The notes beneath the pieces are model-generated. The model had not been told where the DNA came from. It made no database searches and saw only the letters and a program-made list of their open reading frames with translations. Shown one piece after another: positions 9,634-18,266 of a stretch of DNA of 20,974 nt (its first letter is position 1; the number at the start of each line of letters is the position of its first letter). Source of the DNA: an uncultured Candidatus Binatia bacterium (GTDB lineage Bacteria; Desulfobacterota; Binatia; Bin18); the NCBI GenBank assembly GCA_965214605.1, contig CBDCCD010000005.1, positions 1 to 20,974 of the forward strand, given 5' to 3'. The translations under genes and the position numbers were made by a program.

Positions 9634-9880
9634 TCAGGAGAATTTCGGAGGGGCGCGCATCGGGCCGCGCGGGGGGGAGTTCCAGCTCGACTCCGCCAAG
9701 GGGCGGGCAACACGCACGGGCGACTTCCGCCAGATTCCGCGGCCCGGCCCTCCCGTCGCTCACGGCCTCGCGCAGGATGCTACGCCCTTCCTCTTCCATC
9801 GAGCGGTCGTGCTCGGCGGCCCGGACGCGCAGGCGTATCCTCACGTCGTCATCGAGATTGCGGATGGTGATGCTTGCCAT
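9634..9880 (-). pseudogene. FitA/StbC-like ribbon-helix-helix antitoxin with C-terminal frameshift; no PIN toxin partner
   Basis: MASITIRNLDDDVRIRLRVRAAEHDRSMEEEGRSILREAV is a typical FitA N-terminus. Removing one base from the G7 run at 9671-9677 restores ..ELPPRGPMRAPPKFS* (stop 9636-9634); as written it runs on to 9611. Confidence 0.8.
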
Positions 9881-11019
9881 TTGTCGGTCCTCCGCAGGGT
9901 TCGGAAGTAGACAGGCTACCGTATGCTCGCAGTGCAAGCAAGAACGCCCGGCTCGCTGACACTTCCGGCGACGTGGACAGATACCACGTTCCGGGGCTTT
10001 CCCGTGAAGAAGATCTCTCCCGCAACCGGCGTACCAGCCTCGGGGCGGATCGCCGCCGCTTCGCCCGGCAGCCTGGCATCCGCGCCTTCGCGCACTTCAT
10101 GTTGTCTTGCTTCGTGCGAAAGCGAGAGCGCGCCCGAGCAGACAGGTCCACAAACGTGGGAAACGTCGTACCGAAGGCCGTTTTCCGGGCCTTGCGCCGT
10201 GCCTATCCTTGTCCCCATGCCAAGCCTTGGAAGCAGTCTCATTCGTGGCGCGGCCGGGCCGGGGCGACGGTGGAATCGGGGCAAGCGGCCTCCCTACTAG
10301 CATCAATCGGCATGAGGCGGAATCCGAGGCATCGCGGGTCAAATCCGCCCCGGCGGCGGTCGGGTCGCGCTGCTGGTGATGCCGGTGGCGGAGATCGAAG
10401 ATGTTGAGACCGTTCCCGCGCACGGCGAGCTCCCCACGATGCTGAAAGCCGCCGGACCCGGAGCGGACACGGTCGAAAGCCCGCCAGCGTTGTCGGCTGC
10501 CGGTTCAGGAGTTGGCAGCCCGTCGACAGGACGCGGAAGGATATTATGGATGGCGGCTGACTGACGCGGACGTTAGAACGGTCACAGACCGGTTCCCAGC
10601 GCTGACCAAGCGCGGCGAGCTTGCCAGGTTTCGGAATCGCAAATGGGGGGGCGGTCATTGCGAACGCCTCAATGTGCGCCGGACAAGTCCTGGGTGCCGC
10701 CGTCCTAGCACAGTGGAGCTGTCGGTTTTCGCATTGTCTTGTTCCATCTTCCGATCTCGGGGCGACGAATGATCTCGTTCGCCCTCTTGCGTAGCCCTGA
10801 GCATTTCTACGCATGTAAATTGTCAAGATATTGATATTCATCTGAATTTCTGGTTGAAGCGCTTCCGTATTAACGATGTATTCATGCATGTGAGGGCGTT
10901 GGGGGCGCTGCCGAGGATTGCTCGGCAACAACCACGACGGGCCGGGGCCAAGCCGGGGGGCCGGCAGGTGCGAGGCGGTGTTCCCGCCGAGGTCGCAACC
11001 GGGAGATAGCCGCGTTGGG

Positions 11020-11524
11020 AAACCGTGCATATCACGGACGCGCCGCACCAGATGGGGGGCCGCCTTAGATCCCGAACTCTGGCGGCAGGCGATTGTCGTG
11101 GGGCTGGCAGGCGCGGCCTTGATGGCGATACTAGCCCGTGGCGTCACGCTGGTGCGCGGCGCCACGGGTCATGATTGGTATGCCGCGGCCAGACTCACGG
11201 CCGCGGAACTGCTGATCGCCGCCAGCTTCGACGGGACAGCACCAACCGAATACCGCACCGCTGACGGTGTCATCCCAGACCGTCAGTCGCTATGATTTCA
11301 CCCTCATCCTTGAGGCACGGTGGGCGCAGGAGGATATCTTCGCCGCGTCCTGGGACGGGGCGACGCTGGGCGCACTGTCCGGGCTAAGCGGTGCGCTGCT
11401 CTGTCTGGCGCTGATCCGGCGGCGGGAGGACGAGCGCCACATCCCGTGCGCCGCCTGCGAACCGGGGCCCACTCAACCGCCTGAGGCGCGGGAGCGGTTC
11501 GCGCGGCTGGCGAAGCCAGGCTGA
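11020..11524 (+). pseudogene. Membrane-protein remnant resembling the N-terminus of a TraD-like type IV coupling protein
   Basis: Two hydrophobic segments (QAIVVGLAGAALMAILA; GATLGALSGLSGALLCLALIRRR) split by a frameshift near 11275. Assignment rests on topology and the TrwC remnant downstream; no ATPase motifs remain. Confidence 0.35.
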
Positions 11525-11722
11525 GGCGCATCGCCACCTGCGACCGGTGCGGCAGTTCGCACATCGGCGGACCGGCCGCCCGGATCGGATGCCCACCCGC
11601 CCGCGAAACCGGGGCCCCCATCAAGATCTGTAATGAGGCTCGCAGAAGCTAAGGATCACGCGTCGGAACCCGCTAGCCGCGAGCGCCTGGGATCAGCAGG
11701 ACAAGTCAAAACTCGGGAAATG

Positions 11723-11753
11723 CTTTCCGGATTCCATGATCGAGAGCGATTAA
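11723..11753 (+). promoter_or_regulatory. Putative alternative-sigma promoter, copy 1 (upstream of the sigma gene)
   Basis: CTTTCCGGATTCC-atgatcgaga-GCGATTAA; same motif and spacing as 16712-16742. Confidence 0.7.
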
Positions 11754-11814
11754 TAGGGTGAGCGTGACGAATATCCGCTCACGAACCGCTGCAGCACTGC
11801 GAAGAGGGAGCGAG

Positions 11815-12603
11815 ATGGCTCGACCGTTGACGAAAACCAAAGTGGAAGGCTCGCTGTATACGCGTCCGACGGCAGTCGAGGCTCAGATCGATGAGGCCGT
11901 CTGCCTCTCACAATCGGAGTTGCAGAGCCGTCTGTCGATCGCCGATCGCAATGCCCCCGGCTACCTGTGTTCCGAGTGTCTCGTCCATCTTGTTCGACGG
12001 GGGCGGCGGTCTGACGACCAACAGCTGATGAGCGCTGTGTTGCCAGTGTTGCTTGGACGATGTGAAAGGAGTCTCTTGATTAATGTCCCGGACGGCGGAC
12101 TGCCGGACGCTGCAAGCCTTCGGCAAGAAATTCTGGAAGACCTGACGGATCTTTTCGTGACAGATGGAACGGGCGACTCCCCCGACGAGCTTGATTTCTA
12201 CGAATGTCGGTTCAACAAAGCATTCAAAGTCCTGCGTATCAATGCGGTTCGTCGAGATGCTCGGCAGCAGAAGCGCAGCATTGCTCTGGTCGATTTGCCG
12301 CCATCCAAAGCGGCAATTGAGCCAGACGTTTGTGAGGATGCTTCCGCCCGAGTTTCAGACGCATTCAAGATTCCGCCGCAGGAGCGGGCTGTTTTCCGGG
12401 AACAGTTTGTGAAAGCGATCGAAGCTCTGCCAGCCGATGAGTGCGCCGCCATCATCCTCGTCCATGTCCTTGGGTACAAGGTAGAGTCTGAGGATCCCAA
12501 GGAGGAAACGGCCGCGACGCGGTGCAACTGCACCGGACGAACAATTCGCAATCGACTCGCACGGGCCGCTGCGGCGCTTTCCCATTTTAAGGAGGACCTA
12601 TGA
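11815..12603 (+). CDS. ECF-like (sigma-24 type) RNA polymerase sigma factor with N-terminal extension
   Basis: GAGGGAG RBS then ATG 11815 (ORF track uses GTG 11758). Region 2-like RFNKAFKVLRINAVRRDAR; region 4-like KAIEALPADECAAIILVHVLG..TAATRCNCTGRTIRNRLARAAAALS. Confidence 0.72.
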   Translation: MARPLTKTKVEGSLYTRPTAVEAQIDEAVCLSQSELQSRLSIADRNAPGYLCSECLVHLVRRGRRSDDQQLMSAVLPVLLGRCERSLLINVPDGGLPDAASLRQEILEDLTDLFVTDGTGDSPDELDFYECRFNKAFKVLRINAVRRDARQQKRSIALVDLPPSKAAIEPDVCEDASARVSDAFKIPPQERAVFREQFVKAIEALPADECAAIILVHVLGYKVESEDPKEETAATRCNCTGRTIRNRLARAAAALSHFKEDL

Positions 12604-13256
12604 ACCAGACTCTCTGCGCAAGCCCGCGCGCATTGCGGGAAGCCCTGTATGTCCTGTCCACCGCGCAGGACGTGCCGGACGCGAAACTGTTGGACGACGT
12701 CGTTCGCCGGTATCCTGAATTCGGAGAAGAGCTGACCGAGTTCGCGATCGCTATTGCGGTAGACGCCCTGCGAGGTGAGCGCGTCGTGGAAGATGCGGAA
12801 GGGGCGATCGGTCCGAGTGCCATCAGCCCGGCTGTCAGCCGGGCGATGAGCCATTTCCAAAACCGACTGCATGCTGTGACGACCGATTCGGCTAAGGCGA
12901 GGAGTACACGTACGGATGTCGCCGATGCAGCCAACCCCTTCTTGGGTTTACCGCGTAATGAATTCCGCGCTTTCGCCGCGCGGTTGAACGCGAATGCCGT
13001 CTTCGCTGGCAAGCTGCGTGACCGTCAAATCGACCCAGCTACCATGACGCCCGGTTTTCAAAGACGGATAGCAGACGAGTTGAAGGCGCCGCTTGATGTC
13101 GTGGGGGCACACTTCGCTGCGCGTCCGACAGCCCCAGCCAGGCAGTTTTTCAAAGCAGAAGGCAAGCCATCAACTGGTGCACAACAAAGTTTCGAGGAGG
13201 CAGTACGAAGCTCGGGTTTGAACGAGGTTCAGCAGAATTCTCTGTTGGAGCTCTGA
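12600..13256 (+). CDS. 218-aa conserved-looking protein; putative anti-sigma with XRE-like HTH
   Basis: AAGGAGG RBS and ATGA overlap with the sigma gene. N-terminal LDDVVRRYPEFGEELTEF helix; HTH-like FRAFAARLNANAVFAGKLRDRQI..RIADELKAP. Function is inference. Confidence 0.7.
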   Translation: MNQTLCASPRALREALYVLSTAQDVPDAKLLDDVVRRYPEFGEELTEFAIAIAVDALRGERVVEDAEGAIGPSAISPAVSRAMSHFQNRLHAVTTDSAKARSTRTDVADAANPFLGLPRNEFRAFAARLNANAVFAGKLRDRQIDPATMTPGFQRRIADELKAPLDVVGAHFAARPTAPARQFFKAEGKPSTGAQQSFEEAVRSSGLNEVQQNSLLEL

Positions 13257-13260
13257 ACTC

Positions 13261-16200
13261 ATGGATCCCTTCGAGTCGATCCGTTCCAAGGCAGCGGCAC
13301 TTCATGAGGAGTTGCTCTCGGAAGGCAAAGACCCGTTGGAACCGCTCGCACTTGTGGAAGCTGCTGTAGGGCGCCGCGATCTGGATCTCGTATGGCTGTC
13401 GCAAGGTGACCCGGCACTGAAGGGCGCGCGGGCACTATACGACGACCAGGGCGGAACGATCTGCTGCGAAGAGGACGGCGACCTAGCAAACCGAGCGCTA
13501 CTAGTGGCGCACGAACTTGGACATTCCGAACTTCACGCTGGCTCCGTGACTTGCGCTGGATCCGATATCGATCCCTCCCGGACCACCGAGGTTGCGCCGG
13601 TTGGTCTACAGCGCGTCGAGGATTACGGTGCGCGCGAGCGGCGCGAACTGCAGGCGAATGTTTACGCGCGCGAGCTTCTGCTCCCACGCGCCTTTGTGCA
13701 CGAGCTACACCTCGAGCAGAATCTGACCGCCGCAGCGATCGCAGACCGAATGAAGTTCCCCGTGGCGCTGGTTCGTCAACAAATGTTCGACGCATTGCTT
13801 CTGCCGCCCATCGTGGTCGACGATGAACCAACGCCAGAGCTACCGTCCTCGCACAAGCCCGATGTCTCCCAAGAGCGGGCTGCGGCGCACCGCGCCAAAC
13901 CCTTTCAGTTACAGGCAGGACCCGGAACCGGCAAAACGCGAACGCTGGTGAAACGCGTATTCTCACTGCTGGCCGAAGGCACCGATCCAGCCGCGATCCT
14001 CATTCTGACTTTCTCTAATCGCGCCGCTGGCGAGCTGTTGGAGCGACTGATGGCGACCGCCCCAGAGGCGGCGCCAAAACTCTGGATCGGAACATTTCAT
14101 GCCTTCGGTCTCGATCTTGTGCGGCGCTACCACGACAAGCTCGAACTCGCGCCGAATCCCTCGCTTTTCGACCGTAGTGACGCGATTGAAATCCTCGAAG
14201 ACATTTTGCCTACGCTCCCGTTAGTCCATTACTGTAACCTCTGGGATCCGGCGATGGTGCTCCGGGATATCGTCGGTGCGATCTCTCGTGCAAAGGATGA
14301 AATGGTCGGGCCGGACCGCTACCGGATGTTGGCGAAGGCGATGGAAGCGGATACGGCTGATCATGATGAAGATGCGCGAATCGCCGCGGCCAAATGCCTC
14401 GAAATCGCGAAAGTCTACGATCTCTATGAAGAGGCGCTACGCAAACATGGGGGCGTGGACTTTGGCGACCTGATCATGCGCCCTGCGCGTTTGCTGGAAG
14501 ACGATGAAACCGCGCGCATTGGCGTGCGACTTCGCCACCGGCACGTGCTCGTCGACGAATATCAGGACGTGAACCGGGCCAGCGCGCTCCTGCTGAAGAT
14601 GGTGGCGGGAGATGGCGAGCGGCTATGGGTCGTCGGCGATGCGCGGCAGTCGATCTATCGCTTTCGTGGCGCTTCCTCCGAAAACATGGTTCGGTTTAGC
14701 TCCGATTATCCTGGCGCTGTAACGGATCAGCTGGGCGTCAATTATCGATCAACCGAGCAGATCGTGCATAGCTTTGTCGCGGTGACGCCACATATGGGCT
14801 CGTCAAAGGGCATGCTGAGTCTCGAATTGGAGGCCGATCGGAGCGGAAGGTCGAACCATCCCGAGCTTCGCCGTTTCGAGACGCTGAATGATGAAGCCGG
14901 CGGCGTGGCGGCCAGTATCCGTCAACTTGAGGGCGCGGGGGTGAGGTTTCGCGACCAAGCGGTCCTGTGTCGGACCAACCGGCAACTGAACGAAATTGCC
15001 TCGGCGCTTGAGGTACGCGGCATCCCCGTCCTTCACCTTGGCAGCTTGTTTGAACGGGAGGAGGTTCGTGGCCTGCTGGCCGTACTTAGCTTAGCCGTTG
15101 ACCCGTTTGGCGACGCGCTGGTTAGGGTCGGCGCTATGCCGCGATATGGTTTGACGCTACAGGATGTGTACTGCGTGAGCCGATTTCTTCGGTCCCTTCA
15201 CAAACCCGCGTTGGCAGGGCTCGCGGAGGCGGTGCAAGCACCCGGTCTGTCGACATCAGGGCGGAAAGGCATTGAGCGCCTTGCTGCTGATATGAATGGC
15301 CTGTGCTCAAGTGCCAACGCCTGGGAGTTTCTCGCCACCTTTCTGCTCGATCATACGAACCTGGCCAAGGAGTTTGGTCGCGCCACGTCCGTAACGGAGC
15401 GCATGCGTGCTGTTGCAGTCTGGCAATTCCTCAACTTTGTGCGCGAGCAGAGCCCGGTGGGAATGGGCCTTCCGATCCAACGCATCCTTGATCGGGTGCG
15501 ACAGCTGTTGTTGTTGGCCCAGGAGCGCGATCTGAGACAAGTCCCGGCCGCGGCACTGCGTCTTGATGCCGTTCGGTTGATGACCGTCCACGGCAGCAAG
15601 GGGCTTGAATTCGAGGCTGTGCACCTCCCTGGACTCACGGTTGCGAGTTTCCCGAGTTCCAACCGCGGCGAGCGTTGTCCGCCACCCAGGGGCATGATCG
15701 ATGGATATGGCAATGCCTCGCCAAAGGAAGTGGCGAAGCGCGCACATATGGACGAGGAGGAATGCCTGTTCTTCGTGGCGCTATCACGAGCCCGGACACA
15801 CCTCCGTCTCTACCATGCGCGAAAGCAGCCAAATGGAAACAATTGCTCCCCCTCGCCGTTTCTGAAGTTGCTCTCCGCGGGGCATCTCCACGAGGTGACC
15901 GACCCTCCAAAGCTTCCGCGTCCCGCAAACGGTCCGCGGCTGCAGCCAATCGCAATCACCCGGCAAACGGATTGGGCGGTTACAGACAGCCGTCTGGGCT
16001 CGTACGAGAAATGTCCGCGACGCTTCCTTTATACACATGTTCTGGGATTGGGCGGTGCTCGCAAGCCCACTGCGTTCTCACGCACGCATGATTGTCTCTA
16101 CGCCTTGCTGCGCTGGCTCGCCGATGCCCGGCGTATGGGCGAGCCTAGCTTGGACGAGGCAGAAACCGCCTTCGAGGCAATCTGGCAAGCGCACGGGCCG

Positions 16201-16695
16201 GCAGAGCATGCCTTCGCAGCCGATTACCGCAGGCTCGCGTCCCGGCTGATTGCGGCTTTGCTCAAGGCGGGGGCTGGGCAAAGGTTCCGCGACACGCAAC
16301 CCCTTGCCATCGACTTTCCCAACGGGCGGGTACTCGTAGAGCCGAATGAATTGGCGGAAATGCCCGATGGCACCGTCATCATTCGCCGGGTTCGCACGGG
16401 CTACAAGCGGAGTGACGAGTACGATCGGTTGGAATACACCCTTTACCGCCTTGTGGCCCAGAGCCAGTTTGGCGGTAGCGCCACTGTGCGGGCGTTGCAC
16501 CTGACCGACGAAACCCATGAGCCCGTCGTGATCAGCGGGGCCAAGCTCGGCAACCGACAGAAGAAGATCGATACCATGTTGGGCGCTATCGCCTCGGGCG
16601 AGTTTCCGCCGGAGGTGGACGCCGTGACCTGTCCCCGGTGTCCTCACTTCTTCATTTGCCCCTCAGTGCCGAACGGGGGCCTTCAGCTCGACTGA
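13261..16695 (+). CDS. ImmA/IrrE metallopeptidase - UvrD/SF1A helicase - PD-(D/E)xK-like Fe-S domain fusion (1144 aa)
   Basis: HELGH (aa 84-88) and ELQANVYARELLLP. Helicase motifs AGPGTGKT, TFSNRAA, GTFHAFG, VDEYQD, VGDARQSIYRFRGA, NYRS, TVHGSKGLEF, FVALSRAR. C-terminal CPRRF and CPRCPHFFIC. Confidence 0.92.
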   Translation: MDPFESIRSKAAALHEELLSEGKDPLEPLALVEAAVGRRDLDLVWLSQGDPALKGARALYDDQGGTICCEEDGDLANRALLVAHELGHSELHAGSVTCAGSDIDPSRTTEVAPVGLQRVEDYGARERRELQANVYARELLLPRAFVHELHLEQNLTAAAIADRMKFPVALVRQQMFDALLLPPIVVDDEPTPELPSSHKPDVSQERAAAHRAKPFQLQAGPGTGKTRTLVKRVFSLLAEGTDPAAILILTFSNRAAGELLERLMATAPEAAPKLWIGTFHAFGLDLVRRYHDKLELAPNPSLFDRSDAIEILEDILPTLPLVHYCNLWDPAMVLRDIVGAISRAKDEMVGPDRYRMLAKAMEADTADHDEDARIAAAKCLEIAKVYDLYEEALRKHGGVDFGDLIMRPARLLEDDETARIGVRLRHRHVLVDEYQDVNRASALLLKMVAGDGERLWVVGDARQSIYRFRGASSENMVRFSSDYPGAVTDQLGVNYRSTEQIVHSFVAVTPHMGSSKGMLSLELEADRSGRSNHPELRRFETLNDEAGGVAASIRQLEGAGVRFRDQAVLCRTNRQLNEIASALEVRGIPVLHLGSLFEREEVRGLLAVLSLAVDPFGDALVRVGAMPRYGLTLQDVYCVSRFLRSLHKPALAGLAEAVQAPGLSTSGRKGIERLAADMNGLCSSANAWEFLATFLLDHTNLAKEFGRATSVTERMRAVAVWQFLNFVREQSPVGMGLPIQRILDRVRQLLLLAQERDLRQVPAAALRLDAVRLMTVHGSKGLEFEAVHLPGLTVASFPSSNRGERCPPPRGMIDGYGNASPKEVAKRAHMDEEECLFFVALSRARTHLRLYHARKQPNGNNCSPSPFLKLLSAGHLHEVTDPPKLPRPANGPRLQPIAITRQTDWAVTDSRLGSYEKCPRRFLYTHVLGLGGARKPTAFSRTHDCLYALLRWLADARRMGEPSLDEAETAFEAIWQAHGPAEHAFAADYRRLASRLIAALLKAGAGQRFRDTQPLAIDFPNGRVLVEPNELAEMPDGTVIIRRVRTGYKRSDEYDRLEYTLYRLVAQSQFGGSATVRALHLTDETHEPVVISGAKLGNRQKKIDTMLGAIASGEFPPEVDAVTCPRCPHFFICPSVPNGGLQLD

Positions 16696-16711
16696 TTTCG
16701 CCCGGAGTAGC

Positions 16712-16742
16712 CTTTCCGGGTTCCTGCTCTACTGGCGATCAA
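16712..16742 (+). promoter_or_regulatory. Putative alternative-sigma promoter, copy 2 (upstream of the bil operon)
   Basis: CTTTCCGGGTTCC-tgctctactg-GCGATCAA in the 108-bp gap between the helicase gene and bilA. Confidence 0.7.
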
Positions 16743-16803
16743 GCAGGCAAGGGACAAAGTCAGGCAATTCCGCCTCGCACATCGATCCCCGGAGTACAAG
16801 GCC

Positions 16804-17313
16804 ATGAAACCAATTGATCTTTTTTGTCAGGGCGAAGGCATCGGCGAGATCGTGCATATCGAACTCGAGCTGGACGCGACCTTCGGTCTCCTCAAGGCCC
16901 GCCTCGTCGAAGAGTACCGGATCCCTAGGGATGCACTACTCTTCATTGAGGACAAGGACGAGCCGATTGACGAGACCGTGCTCGTCAAGGACCATGCAAC
17001 CGCCACGGGGCTGAAAGTCCACATCCACCGCTGCCGCCACGTCAAGGTGACCGTCACGTTTAACGGGAAGACGGCGGAGTGCCGCTTCCCGCCGAGTGCC
17101 ACTGTCGCGCGGGTGAAGCTCTGGGCGGCCGAAAAGGAGTTCGGCATGTCTGAAGACGAGGCTGGCGAGCACGTGTTGCAGATCGAGGGCGCGCATGAAC
17201 GGCCGGCGCCTGGGACGCATATCGGCGTGCTGACCAATGACAACGCCGACAGCCTATCCTTCGATCTAGTCCCGGACGAACGAGTCAATGGCGCGGCCAA
17301 GGGTGTCGCGTGA
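16804..17313 (+). CDS. bilA: Tandem ubiquitin-like (ISG15-like) protein of a type I Bil system
   Basis: GGAG RBS; two beta-grasp-like halves; C-terminal [11 protein letters not shown] (Gly163) plus 6-aa tail; first gene of the Ubl-E2-JAB-E1 array. Confidence 0.85.
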   Translation: MKPIDLFCQGEGIGEIVHIELELDATFGLLKARLVEEYRIPRDALLFIEDKDEPIDETVLVKDHATATGLKVHIHRCRHVKVTVTFNGKTAECRFPPSATVARVKLWAAEKEFGMSEDEAGEHVLQIEGAHERPAPGTHIGVLTNDNADSLSFDLVPDERVNGAAKGVA

Positions 17314-17783
17314 TCGCCCCCGATCAGAGAGCCTTCGAGGCGGACGTGGCGAAGGCCGCGTTCCGCCTTGGACAGTCGGAGGGCCGCTGGCGGCTGATCC
17401 GCGTGGCGTGGCCCTTCGCGTTCTTGGGCGTGGTCGCCAAGGATGACCGGGAATATGTGCTTCGCTTGAACTGCACCGGTTACCCACAGGCAGCGCCGAC
17501 CGGTGGCCCATGGAACATGAAGACGGACAAGATTCTCGCGTTCGACCTGTGGCCGAGGGGTCAAGGCGGTCGTGTCTCCGCGGTCTTCCGCACCGACTGG
17601 AAGAATGGCAGCGCTCTCTACCTGCCTTGTGATCGTGAAAGTCTCGTTGGTCACGACAACTGGCGCCACGAGATGCCATCGAAGATCTGGCGTCCCACCG
17701 ATGGAATCGTCCAGTACCTGGAGCTCGTTCATGAACTTCTTCAATCCCGTGATTATGCGGCGCCTCATCGCTCCGCGGCATGA
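17310..17783 (+). CDS. bilB: E2-like conjugating enzyme
   Basis: GTGA overlap with bilA; UBC-like [14 protein letters not shown]; candidate catalytic Cys107 in LYLPCDR. Confidence 0.83.
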   Translation: MIAPDQRAFEADVAKAAFRLGQSEGRWRLIRVAWPFAFLGVVAKDDREYVLRLNCTGYPQAAPTGGPWNMKTDKILAFDLWPRGQGGRVSAVFRTDWKNGSALYLPCDRESLVGHDNWRHEMPSKIWRPTDGIVQYLELVHELLQSRDYAAPHRSAA

Positions 17784-18252
17784 GCTGTCATGCTCCTGGC
17801 TTCTGTGGCGCCGTCTCAAGACAGAGCTGCGTGAACGTGGCCACCGTTGCCGTCGGGAGAGCGGGGCGTTCTTGCTTGGACATCGCGAAGGCGGCAGCGC
17901 CCGGATTGTGGACTTCGTGCTTTATGATGATCTCGATCCGCACGCGCTTGACAGCGGCATCGTTCGGTTTGATGGGCGGTATTTCAGCGACCTCTGGGTG
18001 ATTTGCAAATCACGCGGCCTGACGGTCGTGGCCGATGTTCATGTGCATCCGGGCGGATCGGGCCAAAGTGATTCCGACCGCGATCACCCCATGATCTCTC
18101 AGGCCGGACACATCGCGCTGATATTGCCTCGTTTCGCGGCTGGTGCCCAGCCGCGGTGCGACATCGGCATCTATCGCTACTTGAGCGGCAAGAAGTGGGA
18201 GATGGTGCGGCCGTCTTCGCGCCGCCAATTCTTTCACATCGGCTTGATCTAG
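17731..18252 (+). CDS. bilC: JAB/JAMM metalloprotease (deubiquitinase-like)
   Basis: RESGAFLLG (catalytic Glu) and [15 protein letters not shown] (HxH..S..D). Likely start ATG 17731 after GGAG, or 17755; overlaps the bilB 3' end. Confidence 0.9.
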   Translation: MNFFNPVIMRRLIAPRHELSCSWLLWRRLKTELRERGHRCRRESGAFLLGHREGGSARIVDFVLYDDLDPHALDSGIVRFDGRYFSDLWVICKSRGLTVVADVHVHPGGSGQSDSDRDHPMISQAGHIALILPRFAAGAQPRCDIGIYRYLSGKKWEMVRPSSRRQFFHIGLI

Positions 18253-18266
18253 AGAGGTGAAGAGTC

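Noticed and set aside
10088-10136. Possible oriT (GCGCACTT, imperfect inverted repeat, AGCGCGCCC)
   Set aside because: Weak resemblance to MOBQ-type nic sites, while the relaxase here is MOBF; too degenerate to call.
9874-11165. Long GC-rich ORFs (e.g. 10239-11165 minus, 9874-10407 plus)
   Set aside because: Arg/Pro/Ala-rich with no motifs; likely spurious frames over decayed DNA.
15975-16695. Cas4 gene implying a CRISPR adaptation module
   Set aside because: The Cys pattern is shared with AddB-type domains, it is fused to UvrD, and no cas1/cas2 is present.
11699-16762. GGACAAGTCA / GGACAAAGTCA near both promoter motifs
   Set aside because: Short, and upstream of one motif but downstream of the other; probably chance.
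12198-17819. Antisense ORFs over the cassette (e.g. 16827-17819, 13259-13966)
   Set aside because: Shadow frames of well-supported plus-strand genes in high-GC DNA.
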